Positions 13,701-25,835 of a stretch of 64,000 nucleotides of DNA are shown here, in pieces (the stretch's first letter is position 1; every line of letters begins with the position of its first letter). The position numbers and the translations under genes are program-made. Below the pieces are notes generated by a model, which was not told where the DNA came from, made no database searches, and saw only the letters and a program-made list of their open reading frames with translations. The DNA comes from Vitrella brassicaformis CCMP3155 (taxonomy: Eukaryota; Protista; Chromerida), in contig CDMY01000964.1 of NCBI GenBank assembly GCA_001179505.1, positions 1 to 64,000 of the forward strand, given 5' to 3'.

Positions 13701-16700
13701 GGGTGAGGTGCCTGCTGGTGACGACAACAAAACAAGAATTAAGGAAGGAAGAAAGGCGGCCTTGACTGACTGTCAGACGCGCGCTCTCAAGAAAATCACA
13801 CCCTCCCCTACCCCTCCCCCGCCCAGTCGCTCTCCTCTCTCTCTCTCTCTCTCTGCCCATCCACCATTGAAACGTACCGGCCACAACACAACGAATCGCA
13901 CACCACCCACCCACCCACGGGTCCCCCTCTGGCCACAACATAACACAACACAACACAACACGACACAGCACGGCGCGCATGCAGACACAACACAACACAC
14001 GACATGGGTCGGTCTGTCTGTCTGTCAATTGCGTACGAGCGACAAGATGGTGATGATGATCGACCGACGAATCAAGGAAGGAAGCGAGTACTTGAAAGCC
14101 AACCAACTCCCCCTCCCCCTCCCTCTCTCCCCTCCCTCCCGCCGCCCGCCCGGCCGCAAACCAACGACAGACAGCCAACGTACACAGCAGTTTGGCAATG
14201 AAAGAGCAAAGGATAAACTGACGGATCGGATGGACGGACGGACATCATTTCATGCATCGTGGGTACGCACTAGAAATCAACAAAGTGGACAAAGCAACGA
14301 GGGAGGACAACCAGCGCCGCACCGCGCACGCAATCCATGTCGCTGTCTGCGTGTGCTGGCTGGCCAGCCGAGCTAAGCAAGCCGCTGTGGACACGTGGGT
14401 GTGTGTGTGCGTGTGCGTGTGTGTTGACATAAACATGACAATGGGCTGTGTGAGGGGGGGAGGGGGGAGTGAGTGTGGGGGCACTAGGGGTGAGCGTGGC
14501 AGCAGGACTGGTGGACAGCTACGTACGCACGTATCGTATCGACAAGACCATCGTGACCATCCATCCATCCGTCCATCCATCAGGCGGAGCAGCGCAACCA
14601 ATCGGTACATATGCACACCACAGCACCACGTGCAGCGACCAACCAACCGACCAGCCAGCCAGCCAGCCAGCCGTGCCTGTGTCGGGATGCTTGGAAAAAT
14701 AGCGGGCAACACTCGTGAGGCTCGTCGCAGTCAGTCAGTCGATCGACTCCACTCATTCGCACTCATGGACGGACTCATACAGACGGACGACGAGCAGGCA
14801 GACAGACAGGGGGGGCGGGGGAGGGCGAAGAAGGCAGCTCATCGAAAGCTCTCTCTTTGGGCACATCATGGGTGTGTCTTTCAAGCGAAGCCAGCCAGCC
14901 ATCCGTTCCCCCCCTTCTCCCTCCCTCCCTGCCCTCCGTGCCGCGTGCGTGTGTGTTGGTGTTGGTGTGACGTGTCTGTCCTTCGTGGCAATCTCTCTGG
15001 CTGCTGAAAAATGATAGGCAGCTGCCATACAGACACACGTATACACACATACACGCACACACATGGAACCGCACGCAGCAGCGAGTCATGGTAGGTTCTG
15101 CGATCATTGCCCACCCACCCACCCCCACCCGCTCATGAGACGACACGACAACCATGCAACGACGCGCAGCGCACAGAGGCGGATGGACAGACAGAGGCAG
15201 ACAGACAGACTTTCGGACAAATCACGATTGATTGATATGTATGGGCGGATTAAGTAAGACCAAGGAAGGAAGGAGTGAGGGAGGAAGGAGTGAGGGAGGA
15301 GTGAGGGAGGGAGGAGGAGGAGGGAGACCCTTTGTTGGAAAGGAGGCCCTCCATGGCCATCGTGCACGGCAACCAATGTACACACACACACACACAGGGG
15401 ATGAATGAATGAAAAACACGGAGGAGTAAGTGGAAAGATGCCCACCCGGTCGCTCACACAGCCACCCACCCACCGCACAACCACACACACGCGTGTAAAA
15501 CCATCCGTCCATCCATCCATTCATCCGGCCAATCAGCCAGCTTCTTAAAAATGAGCCTTGCGGTGCGGTAGCTGGGTGCGTTTATTCATGACATCAATCA
15601 GCCTCGCCATCCATCCCATACCCATCCGCCGGTCCCCCTCCCTCCCCTCCCTCGCCGCCTGCCTCCCGACTTGCCTGCCTGGCTGTGGTCCACAATCTGG
15701 TGGACGGATTCGTCGGCTGGGGCAAGTAGTAGTAAATCGGCCTAAAGATGAAAGGACCCTACCCACTCAATCAAACCACTCACTCACTCAACACACACAT
15801 CGCCCGCAACGCGCGCACAGAGAGAGAGAGAGAGAGAGTCGATGCAGGGAGGGAGGGAGGGAGGGAGAGGCAGGCAGGCAGGCAGGCGAGAGAGGTCGGT
15901 TGGTTGTCTGTCTGTCTGTCGGTCTGGCCGAGTTAGTTAGTCAGTGAGTGCTGCGTGGAAAAATGACGGAAGGTGGGACCGCGGGACGGTGCGTGCTGTG
16001 GCGGGTGGGGTGGGGTGGGAACGAACGAACGAACGATTAACGACTCAAGGGAGGAGGCAGCGAAGGAATGAATGAACCAGCAGTAAGTAAGCAAAGTGAC
16101 TCAAGTGACTGACTGACTCCATATATAACCGACCAATCGACACGCACGTACCGTCACCATCGATCCAGGACACATCCACACACGCACACACGCACAAGCG
16201 AGCAAAGCAGCAAGCAGAGAGGGACCGACACATCCATCCAACCATCCACTCATCCAGGCAGGCAGGCAGGCAGGCAGTGTGTGCTGGACAGGCACACTCA
16301 TGAGGGAAATTAGAAAGGAAAACGCAACGCGCCAGCTTAGCTTGGATGGAATAGGGAGGAGAGAGGCGTAGCAGTGGATCGATCTGGCGTACATATCCAA
16401 CAAAGGGGAGGGGAGAGAGAGAGAGAGAGAGAGAAGGCGATAGAGCCGTACTTTGCTTACATAAATAGCCACGCAGCGCACTCAGACAGCCTCACTCACA
16501 CACTCACACTCACACAAGCGAGCAGCCCCCCTCCCTCCCCAACACCCGCCCGCCCCCCCTTGACTACACAGAACTGCGTGCGACACTGCCAGCTAAGTGG
16601 CACCGGGCTATCTATCAGTGTGTCTGCGTGTGAGTGACGATGGACGAACCAACGAACGAAAGAAACAAACAAAACTGCTGTTGGCATGATGATGTCATGC

Positions 16701-18174
16701 TATGAACAAGGAGCCAGGCAGGCAGGCAGGCAGGAATGCAGCTGTGACTCAATTGCATAGACAGGCAGACAGACAGACACACAGACAGACACACAGACAG
16801 ACAGAAGGAAGGACGAATTGGTCGGCAGGGAAGAAGAAAGCGACAGAACGAAACCAGGCAGGCAGGCAGGCAGGTCTGTCTGTCTGCCTCTGAGACAGGC
16901 AGACATACAGTCGTCATGTATGTGGGCGCCACGGTGTGCGCGCGGCATGGGGTGGCGTGGCTGGCGTGGCAGGTATCGACAAGGGCTGGGTTGGTGGAAG
17001 TGTGGATGGATGGTGAGAGCAATGAAACAAGGGAGGGAGGGAGGGAGGGCTCCCTTCCTACGCACACACGCAGACAGACACGCAGAAGATAGAATCGATA
17101 GCTAAACAAAACTCCGATCCACTCCACCACCAGCCGTCCCGTCGACACAGAGCTCTCATTCGCCGCAACACCGCACCCACCATGAGTGACCACACCGACC
17201 TGCCTCTATCGCCCTCCCCGTCCCGTCCCCTGACCAAAAATGACACCAACGAAACCACACAACGCAACGCAACGCAACACTCGTGGAAAAGATGATGAAA
17301 CACATCACACGAAGCCACGTAGAAACAAAGAAAGAAAGAAAGAAAGAAAGAAAGGTTAGAAAGAACCGAACGAAGAGACGACGAGAAGTCGTGCGTCCCG
17401 TCAGCGAGAGACGACGATGAAAGGAAAAACGAACCCAACCTAAAGAGAAGCAGGGAAAGGAAAGGAAAAGAAAGGAAAACCGCGTGGGAGAAAATTCCCT
17501 TGTCGGCGGGAAAGGAAAAAGGTGGAAAGGAAAAGGCGAGCGAAGGGAAAAAAGCGTGAGGACTGACTGACCCCCCTGACCCCTGTACACACACATACAT
17601 ACCATACAGACAGCGTGGTTGTTTGTTTGTTCGTTCTACAGACAGCATTTCGCCTGTGCGAGAAAGAAATGGACCTGATGCATGAAGGCAGGCACACCCG
17701 TACCCCCACCCTTCCCCCCACCGCCGGCCCCTCCCCATCCATCCCATATCGCCTCGTTCTCTTTGTCTCTGTCTTGCTGTCCTTCTCGCTTCTCTCTGTT
17801 TCTCTCTTTCGGACACATCGACCGACCTCCTGCCCCCTCCCTCCAGTTGGCCATCCATCCATCCATCCAACCGTCGACAAAGACCGACCGACCCACAACA
17901 CACGGAGCCAGGAGAGAGGGATGTGTGTGTGTGGGGGGTGGGTATGTAGTAGTAGATGTGTGCATGGGTGTGAGTGTGAGCATGTGTGGCTGTGAAGGGG
18001 CTGGCTGGCCGGCTGGCTAGCTGACCGGCCTGCTGGCGGTCACCAGAGTGGAGACTACCATCGATGACGGCCGAGGTCGGCCTACCTACCAAGACGCCTG
18101 CTTGCCTGCCTGCCTCCTGCTGTCTCCTCACACATACACACACGTATGTGTGTGTATGTGATGGATGGGGGGAA

Positions 18175-18206
<32 letters not shown>

Positions 18207-18690
18207 AGAGACAGAGAGAGAGAGAGGGGATACCCACCCCACCACCCACCACCGATGCATCACAGCTCTCTGTTTCCGCCCTCCTACGCCTATCCACCCA
18301 CCCACCCACCCCATCCCGCCCCTGTAATGCTACAGCGACTATCTGATCGGCGTATAGATACCACCCATCCATCCACCCACCCATCCATCCCCGATCCCTC
18401 TCCTCTCCTCTCCCCATTGAAACAAACCCACTCCCAAGCTCCAGTCAGTCACTCTGTCACTCAGTCATTGCAATCGTCTTTCTCTCGTCGATTGGTAGGC
18501 AGGTCTGCCTGTCCATCCATCCATCCAGCCGTTTGTCACTCTACGCTCGGACAGGGAAGCTAGGCAGGCAGCGAAAGAGCGAAAGATAGGACGCGCGCAC
18601 GCGCTCGAGAGAGAGATGGATAGACAGACAGGGCGATGCGAGGGGGGAGGAGGGAGGGGGCTCGTGTGGGTCAGTTGGTGGGTCGGTCGG
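10800..18690. repeat. ~8-kb microsatellite-rich region with no recognisable coding exons
   Basis: Dense (CA)n, (GACA)n, (GGCA)n, (CCAT)n, (GA)n, (AAAG)n tracts; listed ORFs translate only these repeats. Confidence 0.75.
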
Positions 18691-18694
18691 TCGG

Positions 18695-20925
18695 TCAGGT
18701 CATGATGGTGGCCTGACCAAAGTGGGGGTAGCTGGGGTATGCCTGGGGAGCACTGATACACACATGCACACACATACAGCCATGAGTGTGCTGTGCTGAT
18801 GTCATCCGTCCATCCAACCATCCATCGATGACCGACCTACCTTTGTTCAGCGGTCATTTGGTCGTATCGTGACGTCTTGAAGGACACCTGCAGCTGCCGG
18901 CCGCCCAGGTAGAAGCCATTCATGTGCTCCAAGGCAAAAGACGCCTCCTGAAACGTCGCCATCGTCACAAACCCGTAGCCTGCATTAAAACGTGTCAGTC
19001 AGCACAAGCACACATCGGGCGGGACATATTGCGGCGCGATTGCGTGCGTACCTTTGCCCTTGTTGGTGGTCCTGTCCCTGATGACGTCGACGCGGGTCAC
19101 GCGGCCGAAGGGGCCGAACAACGACAGTAAACCCTTCTCGTCCATATAAGGACCTGACCACACACACACACACAGACACACACACACCAAGAATGATTCA
19201 TCCCCTCATCACCCAGCCATGCCCGTGCAGCAAGCAAGCACACATACCGATGTTGTAGACGAACAGCACGGGGCTCTGCGGGCTGGCGGGCGGGGAGGCA
19301 GCGGGCGGCCCCCGCGGCCTCAGTGCCACAAAGCCAGCACTGGGCGGCGGCGCGCCCTGCGCGTGGTGTGGGTGGGCGGGGTGTGCCGGGTACGGCTGCG
19401 CCTGTGGTGTGATGAAGGCCCCCGGCACCGCTGTGTGCCTGGGGTGGGGCTGTGCGTGGGTGCGTGGGTCGAATGACGAGACGCCGTAGGGTGGGAGGGT
19501 GGCTGCGGGCCGGTGGGCCACCGGGTGTGAGTGAGAGGGGCCGCCGGCAGAGAGGGGGTAGCCGTAGGGGTTGGGGGGGCGCTGGCCTCTCAGGTTGTTG
19601 GCGGCCGCACGCTGATCAGCGAACTTGACCATCAGCGGCTCAGTCCAACCCTACACACACACATACACATCCAACTATCAGCCTCGCCCTTTGCTCTGTG
19701 TGTGATTGAGTGTGCGGTGCGCACCGCGGGCGTGACCCCATTGAGGTTCTGTATGGCGTCCGACGCCTCCTTCCTGAGGTTGTACCTCACGAACCCCGTG
19801 CGGGTCTTCTTGATGTCCCCCAGGCCTCCCGGCTGCCCAGGTGCCGACCCGTCCCTGTTGTCGGTGAGTATCTTGGTCTGAATGATGGTGCCGTAGCGGC
19901 CGAAGATGGACCGCAGCTTGTCTTCGTCAGTGTCGGCCGGAAGGTTGCGGATGTACAGATTCGCACCCTTGATGGCGTCGCTCTGTGGACGCGCGTGGCT
20001 CACCTGAGCGATAGCACAGGGACACACACACAGAGAGAGAGAGAGAGCCCACAGAGAGGGAGATGCGTGTGATAAGGGGAGAGAGGGCCGAGTGTCAGGT
20101 AGGTAGGTCGGTCGGTCATTCGTTACGTACCTTGATGTATTTGTTTTCGATTTGCATTCCGTTGAATTTTTCGATGGCCCTGTCAGCGTCCTCCGACGTG
20201 TAGAAGTTGACGAATCCGAAGCCGTAGCTGTAGCCGGTCGCCCGGTTGACGACCAGCTTGCAGCTCTCCACCGGCCCCACCGAACTAAACATGTTCCGCA
20301 GCTTGTCCTCCGTCACGTTCTGAGGCAAATAGTTGATGATCAACTGAACGAATGAATGAACCACACACACACACACACAGACAGACACAGAGAGAGAGAG
20401 GAGAGAGATTGGTTGTCTCGTCTCATGACCGATAGACAGATGGATCCCTCCCTCGGTGTGTGTCGGTCGCCTTGTGTGCGTGTGTTGTCTGTGTACCTTG
20501 GTTTTGCTTGTCTCGATGCCCCCGTCGCTCCCCTGTGTGCCCTCTCCCCCACCTCCCGCCCCCTGCTGCTGTGCATGTCCTGCATGCCCCCCCTCCTCGC
20601 CCTCCTTCCCGTTGGTCTTGTAGCGGTCCTCCACTACCTCCCCGCCGTCAGGGAACCCCTCCGTCGGCTGTGTGCTCACGGGCGCCGTCGTGAGCGCGTC
20701 GTCTGAGCCACCAGCAGTGCCGTTGAGCTGCCCGCCCGCACTGACAGATCCGCCAGCCTCCAACTCGGGCGGCGTCTCGCCGGACGGCTCTCCGTGGCCG
20801 TTGATAGATTGAATCTCCGCGCAGGGTGGTTCCGCCAGTGGCTGCTGCTGCGCGCCCTGCGCCGAGCTGTCGGCTGCTTGGTGCGTGGTGGTGCTGGCGT
20901 GGTAGGTGGTGGATGAGGTATCCAT
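18695..20925 (-). CDS. ELAV/Hu/Sex-lethal-like RNA-binding protein with three RRMs
   Basis: KTK-LIINYLPQNVTEDKL..GYSYGFGFVNF; VSHARPQSDAIKGANLYIRNLP; P/H-rich hinge; LFVYNIG..KGKGYGFVTM..LQVSFKT. Stop is either AGG-TAG at 18837 or, after an AG|GTAGGT donor, SAPQAYPSYPHFGQATIMT* at 18695. Confidence 0.92.
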
Positions 20926-21078
20926 CAGTCAGTCAGCTGTCAGTCACTGTGTGGGGAGGGGGGTAGCAAGGGCGCAGCACGAGACCACCTCAACGCGGAC
21001 AAGGAGAGACGTGCCGGCGGGATCTTTCCGAAATCAATGAGCCTAGGCGACGTGCGTCAAAGAGAAAGGAAATCAAGC

Positions 21079-22192
21079 ATGGCTGCAGGAGTGAAGATCT
21101 TCACGCAAGCTCGCCATTGCGAGCTCTTCGGCAAAGGGAAGGAAAAGGTCAAGGGAGTGGCGACGACGCTGATGGATGAGAAGGTTTCCTGCTCTTGCAA
21201 AGGAGTCCGGACATGTCGTCTGTGCGAGGCCTCAAAGCAGCAAGCAGCCTGCACATCTCGAGATCGGGTGTCTTTTGCCCTATGCTGGCGATGCGGCCAC
21301 ATGATGCGCGTCGACGGGAAGGCGGAGCTCCTTGTGGACGATGGACGGATGCTCGAGTGCCAGCGGGAAGGCAGCTGCCAAGAGAGGAGAGTCCTGGTGG
21401 CACCATGGCCGCATGGTGAGTGCACAGGGAGAGGGGGGATGGGTGGTGAACCGTTCGGCGTCACACTGGTGAAGGACTTCGTGAGTGAGGCGGAGGAGCG
21501 GCAGATGATCGAAGAGATGGACAGGTGGCCGTGGACGGCATCGCAATCTGGTATGTAGGCATCAGTCATACCCACGATCGATGAGTTTGCCTCAGAGATG
21601 ACGAATGGACGTGATGTCTGTGGTTGTGTTGTGTTGTGCAGGCCGGCTGAAACAAGACTTCGGGCCGAATGTGAATTTCAAGAAACAGAAGTTGAAATGG
21701 GACCGGTTCACCGGCCTGCCCTCCTTCAGCCAGTCCATCGTCCATCGCCTCCACACCCACCCCCACACTGCCGCCCTACTCCACTCGTTCGCTCCCGTCG
21801 AGCTCTGCAACCTCGATTACCGCATAGAGAGAGGCGCGGCCATCGACCCCCATTTCGATGACGCGTGGCTGTGGGGCGAGCGACTCGTGACCGTCAGCCT
21901 TGTCGGCAACTCTTATCTCACCTTTACGACGAGCGATTACGGGGTTGCGGTGCCGATGCCGAGAAGGTCGCTGATCGTTGTGGACGGGCCTGCGCGGCAG
22001 GTGTGGCGTCACGAGATCCGGCGCGAGCACATCATTGGGCGGCGGGTAGGCGTGACGATGCGGGAACTGACGCCACTGTTCACGCCGGTGGAGGGCGCCA
22101 GTGATGATGAGTTGACGACTGAGCAGAGGGCAGGGAGGGAGCTGCTGCGGATCGCCAATAACTTCGATGGCAAGCCCCTCAACGCGCCGTGA
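21079..22192 (+). CDS. ALKBH4: AlkB-family Fe(II)/2OG dioxygenase, ALKBH4 orthologue (2 exons)
   Basis: N-terminal CSCKGVRTCRLCE, GRLKQDFGPNVNFKK, IDPHFDDAWLWGERLVT (HxD), WRHEI, RRVGVTMREL; an alternative ATG lies at 21037. Confidence 0.93.
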
Positions 22193-22277
22193 GCAAGACG
22201 GCGACAAAGGAATGGCCGGCAGGGCCGCCCTTCTCTCGTAGCTAGCGGGGTTCTTTAGGTCCACCTGAGATTGGTAC

Positions 22278-23280
22278 ATGTGGTGCGGTGTGGTGGTCGC
22301 ATCGCTTTGGTTCTTCCTCTGGTCCGTGGAGGCAACGGCTGCTTTGCTTCTCGAGGGTGAGAAGGGGAGTCGCCCTAGCCTCAGTCAGGCAGAGGAACAC
22401 CGAGCGAAGAAGGCACAGGTGTCTCAGCAGCGAGGCGAGTGGGTGTGGTGTGGTAGGGGCGTATTGTGTGGGTGTGTTGATAACTGGGTGGAGGGAGGGA
22501 GGGAGGGTGTGTCAGTCGACTGGCTGAGTGAGAGGCGGGAAGAACGCACAGCTAGCTACATTTTGGTTGCACTGAAGTGAACGTGATGCCATCACAAATG
22601 GCATCCATCCATCATGCGTCCGTCCATCGACAGGAAGTCTCCAGTCTCACGCACACGCACACGCACACGAAAGCTCAGCTGCGGGCAAGCACACACGCAG
22701 ACAGACACAGTGCCTGACGACACCATTGAGACCATTGACTGACTCATTCATATGCACACCTGCCTGCCATCAACATGCAGTCAGCCAGCCAGCCAGCCGC
22801 TCATCCGATCGACCGACTCGGCTGTCTGTCTGTCTGTCTGTCTGCCCGCAAGAGTGAGTGAGGAGGGAGAAATGAGCAGCGACTCCCCCCATTGTAAAAG
22901 TGCGATCACTACCCAGCCAAAAAACTGGTACGCAGCAGGAATAAATACCCCCTTCCCTCCCCTCCCCCCCTCTACAGCCACCCCTTACCCCTCCCTCCCT
23001 CCCCCCATCCCTCCCTCCCTGCCTCTGTGCTGCTGCTGGCAGGCATGGAAAACCTCAAACAAGTGATTTGATTTGCAGGCATCAAGAGGATCGAAGGGAT
23101 GAATGCAGGCAGGCATGCTGTACAGCAAGACCGACACAGTCGAGTAACGGCACACACGTGCATGGACGAGACCAGACGAGGTCGGTCGATCAGACTTGGG
23201 CGTCCCCAGCAGTCGTGGTCGATCTCTCTCCCCGGTTATCTGCCCGACACACACATACACACGCCGTGAGTGAGACATGA
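22278..23280 (+). CDS. Candidate small secreted Cys-containing protein built from micro-exons
   Basis: Signal-like MWCGVVVASLWFFLWSVEATAA; exons 22278-22434, 22516-22527, 22634-22643, 22853-22927, 23043- join in one frame with GC/GT-AG ends; the 3' end is uncertain. Confidence 0.35.
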
Positions 23281-24111
23281 TCGACGTCCGTCCGTCGTGC
23301 CCCTCCCTGGTTCCTTGGGGTTGCTGACTGACCGTCTAGCAGCGGTGTGCCCACAGCGGGTATCGACATTTTGCACAATGGACACACCGCATTGCGGAGC
23401 AGCCATATGTCGATGCACCTGCACCGCAGCCGCAGGACGTCACAAGACATCACACCACACAGCCGTCGAAGTGTTGCTAGCTATTGTGTTGGCTCACGAT
23501 TTGTGGAAGACGTGTCCGCACTGCTGCAGCACTCTTACGGTCTCACCCTCCTGCACGTACAAAGAGCAGAACGAGCAGAACAGCCAGCAAATGGCTCTGG
23601 CTTCCTCTGTCTGTCTGTGGGTGGGCGTGGTTGTTGGGTGAGTGCAGCGCGTGCCTTGAGGTCTTCGAGGCATATCGAGCATCCCTCGTGCTGGGGCGCC
23701 GTCACCACTGAACATGGCAGCCTCTCTATCTGGGCTGCACACACACACACACACACACGCCAGGAGCAGCAGAAAGCGACACAGAGTCCGGGTGCATTTG
23801 GCGAATGTCTGTCTGTGTGCGGCCTGTCTGTCTGCCTTGTGTGGTGCGTTTGTTTACCAGGTGTGAGTCCCCTTAATCTGAACAAATGTATGCCGTAGTC
23901 GACAAAGATCCGTAGCTGGCCCCACCTACACACACACACACACACACACACGCACGCACGCGCACACACAAAGAGCCCGCCGTGCGTCACTTTGATATGA
24001 CGTGTGCTGCGTCCATCCACCCCGCCCACCGTCTCAGTGAGTCCTGGTCCTCCACCTGCCTGAGGTCCCGCTCGGCGCGACGCCGGCGGTAGTCGAGCGC
24101 AACCGCAACAG

Positions 24112-24142
<31 letters not shown>

Positions 24143-25210
24143 GATGGTCCGGTCCGCCCCGCCCTTCTCTCGTCCGTCTGGTCACTGCCTGCTTGCACGT
24201 GACGTCACGTCAGCTCTGCGTACAAATGAAAAGGAGGTATATGACGATCCATATGTAGCACAGCCCCAGCCAGAACATCAGAAACCACGGATGGCTGCCG
24301 CGAGGCAACTGACACACACACACACACAAACCAACAGATAACATAACACAACACACGAAATGAAATGACCGATATATCGCCACCTCCAGCCCTCTCCTCT
24401 CCCCCGCCCGTCACTCACGCAGTTGGGCGTCTTTGCTCTGAGTTGTGCGAACCAGACAGTGCCGACGATGGTCCAAGCAGTGAAGAAGGGGAAGAGTCCT
24501 CCGAGTATCATCCAGCTGACCCACACGGGCGGGCCTCTCTGTGTGTAGAGGAGGAACTCCTCGCCGTCGTCGCTGAGGTACTGCCCCAGGTAGTGGGCGG
24601 CGCGGAAGAGCAGGATCGACAGGTAGGACACCACAAGCCACAGCTGAATGGGCCGGTAGCACGCTGATCCATTCGATAGGTCGATGGATCCATCAACAGA
24701 TGCATCAACAGACAGACAGACATTAGACACACAGCAAGGGGCATCGCATTCTCTCGCCCTCTCTCTCCCTCCCTCCCGCCCTCCATCCCTCCATCCCTCT
24801 CTCTCTCTGTATGCCTCTGTGTGTGTGTGCGTGTGCGTGGTGCTTCCTTTCTTACTGGCGAACTTGTCCCATTCGAGGATGATCTCTGTGCTCGAGTAGG
24901 CGAACGCGAAGAACAACACGCCATCGTTACTGTGTGGCCAACACACAACAAACACATCAATCATTTTCCAGGTGACCGGACCGTCCGCACCCCTGCACTG
25001 CACATCCGTCCTTCCCTCCCCCCTCTTGCCTACCAGCTGAGGTGCACGCGAGGCATCCTCACTTCCGATATGGAGTAGCGAGACCAACCGATGTACCGAG
25101 TTTGATGCGATGAATCGCCGACCGAGCTGACGAGAAAGGAATCCAATGACGCCAGGCCTCTCGACAGCGCTGTTGTCGAGCAGTGGAGGGATGGGCGACT
25201 GGGCCACTGG
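23190..25210 (-). CDS. Multi-transmembrane RING-H2 E3 ubiquitin ligase
   Basis: CSICLEDLK-EGETVRVLQQCGHVFHKS-CIDIWLLRNAVCPLCK (C3H2C3); upstream hydrophobic helices (IQLWLVVSYLSILLF, LFPFFTAWTIVGTVWF, WFLMFWLGLCYIWIVIY); start codon and exact last exon unresolved. Confidence 0.85.
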
Positions 25211-25835
25211 GGCAAGGAGCGATGAATGAATCAACCGATGGGGATCGTCCAAGCACCAGCAGATGGGTGCAACACAGGCGACTGCTGGCCCTTAGACACC
25301 AGTGAGCTCAAACGAAAGGATAGAAGCTGCGCTCTCGGCGAGTGCCGATCCGAGGCCCCTCGGAATGGAATGTCGCAACTTGGAGTGGTTGGGGATGACG
25401 CAGAGCAAGGGGAGGTGTGCAGACCGGTTCATGCCGTCCCTCGGACAACGACTGATCATCTCTCAGACGAGATCGCACCTCTGCGAGCTAAACTACCCTG
25501 GGAGGAACCGGACGGGTTTTTGACGTGCCCCGGCAGCGGTCATTCATCAGCCCCATGCCACAGCTGGCGCAGGTTTGAGTGGCCCCACCCCCGACGAGTG
25601 ACTGCACAGGAGGCCCTCCCTCCTTCTCTCCCATCCGTCGGTGCTGTCTGTCTGTCCAGCTGTCTGTGTGGGGGAGCCGATTCGCCCTGCCCTAGCCTGT
25701 GAGTGAAGCAGCAGAGCTCTCCGCAGTGAGTGAGTGGGTGAGGCACGGGCCGGCCGAGCTCTGACTGACGTCCCTGGTCTGCTTGTCTGTCTGCCTGTCT
25801 GTCTGTCGGTTGGTCGGTCGGTGTAAGAAGCAACG

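Noticed and set aside
15262-15322. Short tandem repeat (GGAGTGAGGGAGGA)x~3
   Set aside because: Ordinary purine-rich minisatellite; not CRISPR-like (no unique spacers)
10837-18563. Many long ORFs, e.g. 17058-18314 (418 aa) and 14252-15007
   Set aside because: Translations are microsatellite products (CVCV, THTH, QPAS, DRQT) with no domain or consistent exon chain
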